64,000 nucleotides of DNA from a virus (lineage: Duplodnaviria > Caudoviricetes), in the IMG/VR virus record IMGVR_UViG_3300007177_000042; one strand, 5' to 3'. The position numbers were made by a program, and so were the translations under genes. Of the stretch, positions 1 to 9,759 are shown one piece after another. Positions within the stretch are counted from its first letter, which is position 1, and each line of letters opens with the position of its first letter. The notes under the pieces were generated by a model. It searched no databases. It was not told the origin of the DNA and was given only the letters and a program-made list of their open reading frames with translations.

Positions 1-546
1 GATATGGATGGTGTATTAGTTGATTTTGACGGAGGTTTTGAAAAAATATCAGGCGGTAAAAAAGCTGAAGAATTCGACAAAGAAAACCGTAGTGATGAAA
101 TATGGAATTTGATTAAAAAACAACCCAACAATGGAATTGATTATTGGGCAAATTTGCCAAAACTTCCGGATGCAGATACATTATGGGGATTTATAAATTC
201 ATTAGGATTTTCTGTAAAAATATTGAGTAGCACTGGTTCTAGACACTCAAAAAGCAACTCTGCACAAATTGGAAAGCTCAAATGGTTGCAAACGCATATA
301 TCACCCGTTCCATCCGAAGAAAATACAATTTTGGTAGATAGTTCGGATGCAAAAAGACAATATGCTCATGGACCAAATCACATATTGATTGATGATCTTA
401 TTTCAAATATTACACAATGGCGTGCCGCAGGCGGAACAGCAATACAACACAAAAATGCTGCACAATCTATTGCAGAGATAAAGCAAATCCTAGGAGTACA
501 ATCTTCAAAAGATGAAAGTCATGGTTACAGCTGGTCAAACAGATAA
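1..546 (+). CDS. HAD-superfamily 5'(3')-deoxyribonucleotidase-like protein, 5' truncated by the window
   Basis: Frame is open from base 1 (GAT ATG GAT GGT = DMDGV, HAD motif I); later ILSS and ILIDD motifs fit the NT5C-like family. Confidence 0.8.
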   Translation, partial: DMDGVLVDFDGGFEKISGGKKAEEFDKENRSDEIWNLIKKQPNNGIDYWANLPKLPDADTLWGFINSLGFSVKILSSTGSRHSKSNSAQIGKLKWLQTHISPVPSEENTILVDSSDAKRQYAHGPNHILIDDLISNITQWRAAGGTAIQHKNAAQSIAEIKQILGVQSSKDESHGYSWSNR

Positions 547-551
547 AACGT

Positions 552-1238
552 ATGAAATACAGAGTTTACAACGATACACTCAATCCTAACATTTGGAATC
601 CGGACAATTCCTTGAAACAAGATGTTCGTGAAGCATTGCTTAAGATTGCCCAAGATTTTTACACAGATACAGAATTGTCGGCACCTATTATAGACATTTA
701 TATATTAGGAAGCGTTGCAAATTATAACTGGTCTGCCGGAAGTGATATCGATCTACATGTTTTGGTAGATTTCACAAAAATAGGAAACGATCCGATATTA
801 GTAAAACAACTTGTAGATAACATCAAAGCAAACTGGAACAAAAAACACGACATTCGCATAAAAGGATATAAAGTAGAACTATATATTCAGGATATTAAAG
901 AAACAAATAGAGCAATGGGTGTTTATAGCATTTTGAATAACAAGTGGGTAAAAGTGCCACAAAAATTAAACCTTGATCTTGATAAAGATGCTATTCAACG
1001 AAAATACACGGAAACTGTATTGAAAATCAAAAAAGCAATCAAATCATCCGAGATGAGTGAGTTAAAAAAAGTCATGAAATCGTTGTACGACATGCGTGAA
1101 GCCGGATTATCAACTGAGGGCGAATTCAGCACAGAAAATATTGTGTTTAAATTGATCCGATCAAAAAACTACATTGAACAGTTAAAAACAGCAATATCAA
1201 AAATTTACGACACACAGCATTCATTAAAAGAATCCTAA
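552..1238 (+). CDS. Pol-beta-superfamily nucleotidyltransferase
   Basis: GSVANYNWSAGSDIDLH (GS...DxD) motif and third acidic residue in KVELYIQD. Confidence 0.75.
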   Translation: MKYRVYNDTLNPNIWNPDNSLKQDVREALLKIAQDFYTDTELSAPIIDIYILGSVANYNWSAGSDIDLHVLVDFTKIGNDPILVKQLVDNIKANWNKKHDIRIKGYKVELYIQDIKETNRAMGVYSILNNKWVKVPQKLNLDLDKDAIQRKYTETVLKIKKAIKSSEMSELKKVMKSLYDMREAGLSTEGEFSTENIVFKLIRSKNYIEQLKTAISKIYDTQHSLKES

Positions 1239-1268
1239 TCTTTTTTAGAAAAATCCGAAACGTGGCAC

Positions 1269-1276
1269 TATTTATA
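1269..1276 (+). promoter_or_regulatory. Candidate late promoter TATTTATA (representative copy; others at 1954, 3476, 13983, 18973, 25984, 32006)
   Basis: Recurs in short intergenic gaps 3-27 nt upstream of start codons of tail tube, tape measure and other probable virion genes. Confidence 0.6.
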
Positions 1277-1303
1277 TACAAGACCTATTAAGGAAAAAAA
1301 ACT

Positions 1304-1795
1304 ATGGCAGACCTACTAAATCCAAATGAAATGTTTTATACGGTATTTGAACCTAAAGTTCAAAATCGTTTTATTTTTTCAGTTGAAGGAGTTCCAGCAT
1401 TTGTAATTAAGAAAGCTGACCGACCAAAACTTTCGAGCGAAAAGAAAACCATCGACTATATCAACATCCAACGCACATACAAAGGTAAGAGTGTATGGAA
1501 CGATATCACCCTTGAATTGTATGATCCAATCGTGCCAGCCGGTTCCCAGGCCGTAATGGAATGGGTTCGTCTATCTCACGAAAGCGTAACTGGACGTGAT
1601 GGATATCTTGATTTCTACAAGAAAGATTGTACCATGAACATTCTTGGACCTGTAGGCGACAAGGTTGAGGAATGGTTGATCCGTGGTGCATTCATCACTA
1701 ATGCTGAGTTTGGTTCACCAGACTGGAGCAACACGGGTGATCCTCTCACAATCACTTTGACACTTGCATACGATTACGCGATTTTACAATATTGA
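1304..1795 (+). CDS. Tail tube protein (T4 gp19-like)
   Basis: 163 aa; FEPKVQNRFIF, WNDITLELYDPI, VMEWVRL, GPVGDKVEEW, LTLAYDYAIL are typical of gp19-like tube proteins. Confidence 0.9.
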   Translation: MADLLNPNEMFYTVFEPKVQNRFIFSVEGVPAFVIKKADRPKLSSEKKTIDYINIQRTYKGKSVWNDITLELYDPIVPAGSQAVMEWVRLSHESVTGRDGYLDFYKKDCTMNILGPVGDKVEEWLIRGAFITNAEFGSPDWSNTGDPLTITLTLAYDYAILQY

Positions 1796-1852
1796 CATTG
1801 TTGTACGACTACGCAGGTAGGGCGTTATCGAACAATAAAGTTAAAGGTCTTG

Positions 1853-1887
1853 AAAATCTCTCAACTATTTATGTTGGGAGATTTTTT
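1853..1887 (+). terminator. Intrinsic terminator after tail tube gene
   Basis: AAAATCTCTCAAC-TATTTAT-GTTGGGAGATTTT, 13-bp stem with one G:U, T-tract. Confidence 0.8.
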
Positions 1888-1965
1888 ATGCATATATGTA
1901 ATCGCTGTAAACATCCTTCTTTAAATTTTGAATGATGAATTGTGTACATCAACTATTTATAACAT

Positions 1966-2325
1966 ATGAAGATTTCCAAAGCAGATTTGATATCATTGAT
2001 ACACGAAGTTATCGATGAACAATTGAGTGAAGACACTGACAAATTTACATCTGCTATTAATACAATAGATAAACAAATTACCGATTTGAACGTAAAAGTG
2101 GGTCGGTTGAAATTGCAAAAAGCCAAAGTTAAATTGGCAAAGGCATCCGATGTACGAACAGCAGCGGAAGAGCGATTGGATGCTGCCGAACGCAGAGGTG
2201 AAGATACTTCGGAAGAAGATGATTCTTATAATACAGCGGCTGAAGCAGAAAAACAAGCAAGAGATGGTGTATCAGCAGCTAACAACAATTTGAAAGCAGT
2301 ACAAAAGGGTGGAGCCACCAATTAA
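1966..2325 (+). CDS. Hypothetical coiled-coil protein, probably virion-associated
   Basis: 119 aa, heptad-rich, N-terminal MKISKADLISLIHEVIDE, TATTTATA at 1954-1961. Confidence 0.6.
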   Translation: MKISKADLISLIHEVIDEQLSEDTDKFTSAINTIDKQITDLNVKVGRLKLQKAKVKLAKASDVRTAAEERLDAAERRGEDTSEEDDSYNTAAEAEKQARDGVSAANNNLKAVQKGGATN

Positions 2326-2380
2326 AAAATCAAAAAAATACAAACAATCACTATATATTCAAAGATCAACGTTATAATTT

Positions 2381-3250
2381 ATGGACGACCAGACAATTCC
2401 TATTACTAGACCAAACACCTTGATAGCCGGACCTGCGCTTCAACGGGGACCTTCTATTTCACAACCGGTACCAACCGTAGTCAAATCATTTTCTGCGTAT
2501 CCAACCGAAACCATCGATTTGCCGAGTGAAGGGTATTTTTATTCTGAAGATCATCCACTGAGTAACGGTCAAATCGAAATAAAGATGATGACTGCAAAAG
2601 AAGAAGATATTCTCACCAACCAGAATCTTATCAAAAAAGGCATAGTTCTTGACAAACTTTTGGAGTCTTTGATCATAACCCCGGTTAAACTAGATGATTT
2701 GTTGGTAGGTGATAAAAACGCAGTATTCTTTGCTGCAAGACGGTTGGCTTACGGTGACACTTATGGTCCAGTAAAAGTGGCATGTCCAAAATGTCAATCT
2801 GAGAACGAAAAACGCATCGATTTGTCTAAAATGAATTCTAAACCGTTTGATTTCACTAAGTTTCAACGTGGAAAAAATGAGTTTGAGTTCATTCTTCCGT
2901 ATTCAAAGAAACTGGTCAAGTACAAGCTGTTGACTCACAAGGATGAAAATCAGATTGACGCTGAAATAAAGGGTCTGAGCCGAATCAACAAAAATACCAG
3001 TGCTGAAATGACTACTCGGTTGAGAGCCATGATTATTTCTATAGATGGCGAAACTGATAGAAACTACATCAAGAAGTATGTCGAACAGGAACTTGCGTCG
3101 AGAGACAGTTTAGCATTGAGATCCAATGTACGAGAAAACAGTCCTGATTTGGACATGACGTTTGAGTTTTCATGTGATGAATGTGGAAACGAAGAAAGGA
3201 TCATGGTGCCGTTGACGGCACAGTTTTTTTGGCCTGACTCCGGAAGATAA
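2381..3250 (+). CDS. Baseplate-hub/tail assembly chaperone (T4 gp26/gp51-like)
   Basis: IDLPSEGYFY, MTAKEEDILT, two CxxC pairs (CPKC, CDEC), C-terminal FFWP; sits directly upstream of the tape measure gene. Confidence 0.8.
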   Translation: MDDQTIPITRPNTLIAGPALQRGPSISQPVPTVVKSFSAYPTETIDLPSEGYFYSEDHPLSNGQIEIKMMTAKEEDILTNQNLIKKGIVLDKLLESLIITPVKLDDLLVGDKNAVFFAARRLAYGDTYGPVKVACPKCQSENEKRIDLSKMNSKPFDFTKFQRGKNEFEFILPYSKKLVKYKLLTHKDENQIDAEIKGLSRINKNTSAEMTTRLRAMIISIDGETDRNYIKKYVEQELASRDSLALRSNVRENSPDLDMTFEFSCDECGNEERIMVPLTAQFFWPDSGR

Positions 3251-3437
3251 ACTGACAATACACACACAAGTGTTTGACTTGGCGTACTATTCAGAAGGTG
3301 CTTTTACACAAGAAATTGCGTATAATCTTCCTACACATCTACGTATTTTTTATCTTCGTAAATTAGCCGATGTTCGTAAAAAAGAAAACGAACAGATGGA
3401 AAAAGCCAACAAAGAACCGGGCGGATCCAAACGGTAA
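3216..3437 (+). CDS. Unannotated +1-frame ORF, probable frameshifted C-terminal extension of the chaperone
   Basis: Frame open from 3216 to TAA at 3435-3437: ...FFGLTPEDKLTIHTQVFDLAYYSEGAFTQEIAYNLPTHLRIFYLRKLADVRKKENEQMEKANKEPGGSKR; the only ATG is near its end, GTG at 3270 is an alternative start. Confidence 0.7.
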   Translation, partial: RHSFFGLTPEDKLTIHTQVFDLAYYSEGAFTQEIAYNLPTHLRIFYLRKLADVRKKENEQMEKANKEPGGSKR

Positions 3438-3498
3438 ATAAAACCTAAAAAATGTAGATAAACATGTTATTTCTATATTTATACTGAAGTAACATATT

Positions 3499-6400
3499 AT
3501 GGCGGATACCGATTTACCAAGAGACGCAGCTAAAATTTTGCAACAGGCAGCTGATGCTACACGTTATTCTCGAAAAGAATACGCATTGACGGCTGACCAG
3601 ATCAGAATTTTAGCAAAATCGTTCAATCAAATGCAAAGTGCTGCAACGTCGGCAAGCCAAGATGTTGCAGATGCTGCAAAAAATATCAAAGATGCATTTG
3701 AGAAATCGACCGAGACTTTGGTATTGTTTACAAGTACAGGGTTGTCTACCGGCAGAGATCTTCAATCGTTGTTTGCATCAATTGCATCAATGGTTCTTGA
3801 TGCTCCTGTAAAAAAGCTTAACGACGAATTGTCGAAAGAACAAAAGATTTTGAATGATCTTGTAAAAGAACAAAACAAATCTCTTGAACAATCGAAGGTT
3901 GAAGCTAAGGCATCTGAAGATGCTATTAAAGCGTTAAAAGACAAAATAACAGAAGAAGAAAAACTTTGTGGAAAGAAAACCAAGTGTAATGAAAGCATGG
4001 TAGCGTCACTGAAAGATCAGTTGAAGAATGAACAAAATTTGTTGAAAAACAAAAATGATGAAGTTAAAAAGTACGAAGAAATATCAAAAATTGAATCAGA
4101 CGACGTAAAGGTACAAAAAGATAAGATCAAGTTGATGCAAGATAAAATTGCAAAACTTGAAAAAGTCAAAGAAATCGCCAAGAAGGTTTTGGAGATTTTT
4201 TCTGATGCTTTTGATCGTTTTGTAGAGTTAGACAAGGCAGCTGAAGATTTTAGAAAATCCACACGGTTGATGCGTGATCAAATGGTGGAGATTGAAAAAG
4301 CAGCTCTCAACATCAACCAAGAATTGATAAGTCAGGGTGTTACTATAGACAAAGCATATGAATCTGCTAGAGCTCTAACCGATGCATTTTCTAATTCGTA
4401 TACGATAACACAAGAACAAATAAAAGCGGTTGCACAATTAAACGCTAATTTGGGTGTCACCGAAGCAAATGCTGCAGGATTTCTTCAAAGAATGGAAAGC
4501 GCTGGAGGATTGACATCCAAACAGGCTATAGGAATGGCTGGATTAGCCGCAAACGCCGCCAAAGCAGCTGGAGTTCCTCTTGATAAGGTTATGCATGATG
4601 TAGCTAATGCATCTGATACGACATTATCAATGATGAAAGGCAATGTTCGTCAAATGACACTAGCGGCAATTCAAGCTCAAAGACTGGGTGTAAGTTTGGA
4701 AAAAGCAGCAAATTCTGCTAGAGGGTTGTTGAATTTCCAAGAAAGCGTAGATGCTGAAATGGAAGCAAGTGTGTTGTTGGGTCGAAATCTCAACCTAAAC
4801 TATGCTCGTCAACTTTCGTTTGCTGGTGACGTTGCTGGTGCACAAAAAGAAATTTTGAATCAAGTAAAATCCGTTGGAGATTTCACTAAAATGAATGTGT
4901 TCCAACAAGAAGCTCTTGCAAAAGCTACTGGTTATAGTGTTGCTGAATTGACATCGATGTTGAAGAATGAAGAAAAATTGAGCAAATTGAAACCAGAACA
5001 ACGAAAAGCATATGAAGACGCAACTAAGTCTCTTAAAGAACAAAATGAAGAGACAGGTGAACAACTTCTTCAACAGGCACAAATGCAGGGTGCTATGTCA
5101 CAGTTGAGTAACACATTCAAATCGTTTAAACAAATTCTAGCTGATATTTTGACTCCGGTGGTCATGGTTGCCGTTAAGTTGTTAATTCCTACATTGAAAT
5201 TGGCATTGTTCATTTTCAATGCAATTTTAATTCCAGTCAAAATTTTGTCAAAAGCATTATATGCAATGTGGCAACCAATCGAACCACTAGTTCAATCAGT
5301 AAGTGACGTTTTTGATTACATGAACGCAAGTGTTGAAAAACTCGTTCAATATGGGGTAGATCTTGGTGTTATTCTTCTCAAAATATCAGCACCAATACGA
5401 CTCATGTTTCATCTTTTTACTGGGATCGGACAAGCTGTTAGAATTGTGGGAGCTGAAATTTACACTATAGGTAGATCAATTCGATCAGCGGGCGGAATTT
5501 TCAACGTTATCGGAAACGTTGTAACTTTTATAGGCAAACAGATCAATATGATTGGTAAAACGGGGAACATTTTGACTCCGATATTTGCTGCAACAGCAAA
5601 AGTATTTCAATTTATATCCAATATTGCTGGATCCATTCTTGGCCCTATTAGAGGAATTGTAACAGCATTTGGCAGCGCTGGAGGTATGGTAGCCCGTTTT
5701 GCATCTGGGTTTGGAGCTGTAGGACGTATTGTTGGATTGTTGGGGGTAGCAGGAAAAGCTATGCCAATTGTGGGATGGATTATTACTGGATTGCAAGCAG
5801 TATGGGGATTATTTTCACGTTTAATGAAGGGTATGAATTTCTTTCAAGCACTCGGTGAAACTCTATACGAAGTGGTTGTTGAACCGTTTGTCATGTTGTT
5901 TGACTTGCTGGGTAAAATCCCAGTCATTGGTGAATTTTTCAAAATGATCACAACAGTTTTCACGACACTCAAATCGGTGGTTACATCTGTGTTTTCTAGT
6001 ATATGGACCGAAGTAAAATCGTTCTTCTCAAACATAACAGAAAATTTCAAATCGATGTTCACTGGTGGAGATGGATTGATAAGTAAACTTATAGGTTTCA
6101 TGACATTCATTCCGAAATTGGTGATTGGAGCGGTAATGTGGTATGTCACGACAGTTCCTAAACTTTTGTTTGGTGGGATATTAAGCGCCATCACTACAAT
6201 ATCAACAGTAATTTGGGATACACTCACCGGTGTCTTCACAAAAATCAAAGAGTGGTTCTCCAATTTTAACCTAATGGGTGGATTATTCAGTGGAATAACA
6301 TCTGTTGGTGGAGGGTTGTTGAGTGGATTATTCTCTGGAATTGCATCAGCTACATCTGGTGCGACATCTATATTTTCAAGTAATACCGCTGAAGGCAAAC

Positions 6401-6564
6401 CAGAAATAACAACAACACCCGAATCAAGCGGAAACATTATTAATGCAATTCAAGAGACCAATCGTAAATTAGATATGTTGATAACCATGATGGCGAATGG
6501 TGGTATTGCTGTTAACTTGGATGGTCGTAAAGTAAGTGAACAACTTGCTATAGCAAGTTCATAA
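3499..6564 (+). CDS. Tail tape measure protein
   Basis: 1021 aa, helical Ala/Gln/Lys-rich N-terminal half, hydrophobic Gly-rich repetitive C-terminal half, ends VNLDGRKVSEQL; tail gene context. Confidence 0.85.
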   Translation: MADTDLPRDAAKILQQAADATRYSRKEYALTADQIRILAKSFNQMQSAATSASQDVADAAKNIKDAFEKSTETLVLFTSTGLSTGRDLQSLFASIASMVLDAPVKKLNDELSKEQKILNDLVKEQNKSLEQSKVEAKASEDAIKALKDKITEEEKLCGKKTKCNESMVASLKDQLKNEQNLLKNKNDEVKKYEEISKIESDDVKVQKDKIKLMQDKIAKLEKVKEIAKKVLEIFSDAFDRFVELDKAAEDFRKSTRLMRDQMVEIEKAALNINQELISQGVTIDKAYESARALTDAFSNSYTITQEQIKAVAQLNANLGVTEANAAGFLQRMESAGGLTSKQAIGMAGLAANAAKAAGVPLDKVMHDVANASDTTLSMMKGNVRQMTLAAIQAQRLGVSLEKAANSARGLLNFQESVDAEMEASVLLGRNLNLNYARQLSFAGDVAGAQKEILNQVKSVGDFTKMNVFQQEALAKATGYSVAELTSMLKNEEKLSKLKPEQRKAYEDATKSLKEQNEETGEQLLQQAQMQGAMSQLSNTFKSFKQILADILTPVVMVAVKLLIPTLKLALFIFNAILIPVKILSKALYAMWQPIEPLVQSVSDVFDYMNASVEKLVQYGVDLGVILLKISAPIRLMFHLFTGIGQAVRIVGAEIYTIGRSIRSAGGIFNVIGNVVTFIGKQINMIGKTGNILTPIFAATAKVFQFISNIAGSILGPIRGIVTAFGSAGGMVARFASGFGAVGRIVGLLGVAGKAMPIVGWIITGLQAVWGLFSRLMKGMNFFQALGETLYEVVVEPFVMLFDLLGKIPVIGEFFKMITTVFTTLKSVVTSVFSSIWTEVKSFFSNITENFKSMFTGGDGLISKLIGFMTFIPKLVIGAVMWYVTTVPKLLFGGILSAITTISTVIWDTLTGVFTKIKEWFSNFNLMGGLFSGITSVGGGLLSGLFSGIASATSGATSIFSSNTAEGKPEITTTPESSGNIINAIQETNRKLDMLITMMANGGIAVNLDGRKVSEQLAIASS

Positions 6565-6573
6565 TTATAGAAT

Positions 6574-9450
6574 ATGGCAAACGTAAATCAACCAAACTCG
6601 GTTCCAGCAGTCAACAGTGTTCCGGAGACATTTCCAAATACTCCGCAGCCTGGCAAAATCGAGACCTTGTATATTGCAAATAATCGGTCCATAATCGACA
6701 GATACAGTCCAAAAACTGGTTATAGCAACAGTCTCTTGAAATTTGGTCCTCGACAACCGTTTGTTTGGTATACGCCGAACGACGGAAACAGTGGACTCAA
6801 TGCTATACGTAAATATGACAGTCGGGCATTTCCAATAGGATCTACCCTACAAGACGTTATTCGTATCTCCAAATACACGGTATCTGGTCCCGGTGTTATT
6901 TTTGCTTTGAAACAATTGTTGCTTCAGAACCTACAGCCACACAATGAAACAACACTGTACAATCCAGCGATGCCTATTGTCGGTGCATTACGGCCAGGCA
7001 GTCTTGGATTGTTACCAAGACCAACTCGTCACATTGACCTCGGAGGCGGAATCCTAGGAGCCTTGGCGAGCGTAGTTGGTTTTAGCGTTGGAGACAGAAG
7101 TCAAAGTTCACCTAGTGGAACCGTTGGTTCTGGTATCCAAGACACAGCAGAAAACTCACCTCTTCCAAAACAATCAGTTGGTGGGGGGCGTGGATTGATT
7201 AGAGGCAAGACGGCTTCATCTGGTTATACATCACTCGCATCACGATGGGGTGGTAATGCATCAAAAAGTAGTTTTTTGAAATCAATGGCAGCATCCGTTT
7301 TTCCTTCATTGATTAGTTCCAAACAACCAGTGGACACCGGATATAGAGCCGATGAAGGTGCATACGGAATGATGATCAACGACCTGAAAGGAAAGTTTAA
7401 AAAACAAAATCCCGTCACTGGTATTGACATTCCAATGACTCAGTTGTGGATAGCAGGTTCTTCAGATGGTGGTGCAAAAAACATAAGAAAAAAGAACGAA
7501 GCTCCGCAAGATAGAAAAATTGTGTATGTGGATGGAACAGAGCAAAAAATAGGTGTACAAACCACGATAACGGGGCCATCAATTAACAATGCTTCTACCG
7601 GTTTTACGTTTGAAACAGACGTTGACAATGTTACAAAATATGGCAAATCCTTGGGTATTGATGTAAACCGATTGCATACAGATGAAGTATTCAAGTATTC
7701 TATCATGTTGATAAACTACAAAAAGTACATCGATAAAATTGGAAAATTTCCAACCAAGATGGATGGACCGCCAATTGATGTGACAAATGCTGATGACAAA
7801 ACAATAATTCAGCCACAGACGGATTTCTACAAAAAATATGGGTTTGATAACACCCCTATCATATTCAGTGTAAAATCGTTTACCGATATTCCTACTCGTA
7901 AAGGAAGTGGAGATGAAAACAGACCTGCATATCAGGTTGATAAAACATACTCGAAACAACGAAAAGATGATGGTGGTAATGGTAATTTGGCCAACTTTAA
8001 ACAAAATCTTGAAGACAACAAATTCAAGAATATACCAACGTCTTTCAATGATATTGGTGAATTGAATAACGCCACGCTTCAACAAAAGCAAGATGATCGA
8101 ATTGTTAAAGAATTGACAGACGATAGAAAAAACGTATTCACAAAGTTTGGGTTGACCGATACGCCGGATATATCAAAAATCAAGACGATTGCTGAAACAC
8201 CAGAACGAGGTGACGACTCTAAAAAAGATGCGTATACTGTTGATGGAACGTATTCAAAGAATAGAAAAACAGCAATTGATGATGGTAAACCCAATGGAAA
8301 TCTAGCAGACATTTTGTCATCTGTCATGGAAGGTAAGTTTCAAAAATTACCAACCGAAACTACAGATCTAAAAGGTAATAAGATCGACAAAATCAATACC
8401 ACTTTGCAAATTGAATCGGGTGATCGTTTGAATGTTGAAAGAAAACAAGCATTGACCGATTTGATAAACAACATCAAAGCTAGTGGATACAACGTATCGT
8501 TTCAAAACGCTGACACACGGGTATTTTCGAATCCGAATGCAACCAAATTTGGTATACAGACATTGGAAAGCGGTCATACAATTTATCAGGATGACTACGA
8601 TGAAAACGAACAGTTGTTGGATGGTTTTGATAAAGCTGGTAGACGAAACAACAGCAACAAAAAATTTTCAGGTACACACAAATCAGATGAGTTGAATAGA
8701 CTCACAATATTGGATAAAAACAAAACAATTACGGATGATACCGACGTTGACGATTGGACGGAATATGATCCATATAAAGACGATTTGATTGCATTTTATT
8801 TCTATGATTTGGTAAATGAACGATACATTCCTTTTAGAGCGTCTATAACAGGAATTAACGATAGTTTTCAAGCAGATTGGACCAATTATGAATATATTGG
8901 TCGTGCTGATAAATTGTACAATTACAAGGGATTTACTCGGTCTTTGAGCTTTAATTTTAAAGTCATAGCAAATAGCATAAAAGAGTTGTTACCAATGTGG
9001 AAACGTATCAACTATCTATGTGGACTAACAATGCCTGCGGATTATACAAATGCACAAAGTCAAAACAATTTGAGTCAAAATCAATTTATTGTACCTCCTT
9101 TTGTTCTATTGACTGTTGGTGACATGTATAAAGAACAACCTATTATTATCAATCGAGTTGGGTTAAATATACCAGATGGAGCTTCGTGGGAAACTTTAAA
9201 CGAAACGTATGGGCAGGACTGGTCATACTTAAATAATATAATATCATGGACTGGATCCAATGGAAAATATGCTCAATTTCCAAGAGAAGTTGAAATTTCA
9301 CTGGATTTATCAGTGTTGCAAAAAGAAAGGGCAATAGTAGGATCTGCTGCATTTGGTCACTCGGTTAGAGATCTTATTAACGTAAATCAAATTGCTGGCA
9401 ATGAAAATCAATTTTCGAAACAATTGATGGTGCCACGTCTTAATTCGTAA
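6574..9450 (+). CDS. Large baseplate/tail-tube initiator-like structural protein
   Basis: C-terminal DLIAFYF...IPFRASITGINDSFQADW...IGRADKLYNYKGFTRSLSFNF domain typical of tube-initiator/baseplate proteins; position after tape measure. Confidence 0.65.
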   Translation: MANVNQPNSVPAVNSVPETFPNTPQPGKIETLYIANNRSIIDRYSPKTGYSNSLLKFGPRQPFVWYTPNDGNSGLNAIRKYDSRAFPIGSTLQDVIRISKYTVSGPGVIFALKQLLLQNLQPHNETTLYNPAMPIVGALRPGSLGLLPRPTRHIDLGGGILGALASVVGFSVGDRSQSSPSGTVGSGIQDTAENSPLPKQSVGGGRGLIRGKTASSGYTSLASRWGGNASKSSFLKSMAASVFPSLISSKQPVDTGYRADEGAYGMMINDLKGKFKKQNPVTGIDIPMTQLWIAGSSDGGAKNIRKKNEAPQDRKIVYVDGTEQKIGVQTTITGPSINNASTGFTFETDVDNVTKYGKSLGIDVNRLHTDEVFKYSIMLINYKKYIDKIGKFPTKMDGPPIDVTNADDKTIIQPQTDFYKKYGFDNTPIIFSVKSFTDIPTRKGSGDENRPAYQVDKTYSKQRKDDGGNGNLANFKQNLEDNKFKNIPTSFNDIGELNNATLQQKQDDRIVKELTDDRKNVFTKFGLTDTPDISKIKTIAETPERGDDSKKDAYTVDGTYSKNRKTAIDDGKPNGNLADILSSVMEGKFQKLPTETTDLKGNKIDKINTTLQIESGDRLNVERKQALTDLINNIKASGYNVSFQNADTRVFSNPNATKFGIQTLESGHTIYQDDYDENEQLLDGFDKAGRRNNSNKKFSGTHKSDELNRLTILDKNKTITDDTDVDDWTEYDPYKDDLIAFYFYDLVNERYIPFRASITGINDSFQADWTNYEYIGRADKLYNYKGFTRSLSFNFKVIANSIKELLPMWKRINYLCGLTMPADYTNAQSQNNLSQNQFIVPPFVLLTVGDMYKEQPIIINRVGLNIPDGASWETLNETYGQDWSYLNNIISWTGSNGKYAQFPREVEISLDLSVLQKERAIVGSAAFGHSVRDLINVNQIAGNENQFSKQLMVPRLNS

Positions 9451-9457
9451 ATGACAT

Positions 9458-9754
9458 ATGAGATACGATACAACAGTTAACATAAAGAAAAGATGGGACG
9501 GAAAACGATATTTTGGAGCCAGAATTTATCCACCCATACCCGTCACTGACAACGACTTATATGTGATAACGAATGAAACAGATTATCTTGATAATTTGGC
9601 TTTCAAGTATTACAAAGACCCATCATTGTGGTGGGTTTTAGCTCAGGCCAATAGTCTAGGCAAAGGAAAAATGTCGGTGCCAGCAGGAACACAATTGAGA
9701 GTACCAGCTAATATCAACAGCATCATCAATACTTATAAGGCGTTCAATAGATAA
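9458..9754 (+). CDS. Baseplate wedge protein with LysM-like fold (gp53/P2 gpX-like)
   Basis: 98 aa; DYLDNLAFKYYKDPSLWWVLAQAN...GTQLRVP. Confidence 0.8.
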   Translation: MRYDTTVNIKKRWDGKRYFGARIYPPIPVTDNDLYVITNETDYLDNLAFKYYKDPSLWWVLAQANSLGKGKMSVPAGTQLRVPANINSIINTYKAFNR

Positions 9755-9759
9755 ATGTT

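Noticed and set aside
1792-1820. TTGACA after the tail tube stop as a promoter
   Set aside because: No -10 element at 16-18 nt spacing
5100-6400. Hydrophobic Gly-rich segment as a separate membrane protein or toxin
   Set aside because: Typical C-terminal half of a tape measure protein, continuous in one frame
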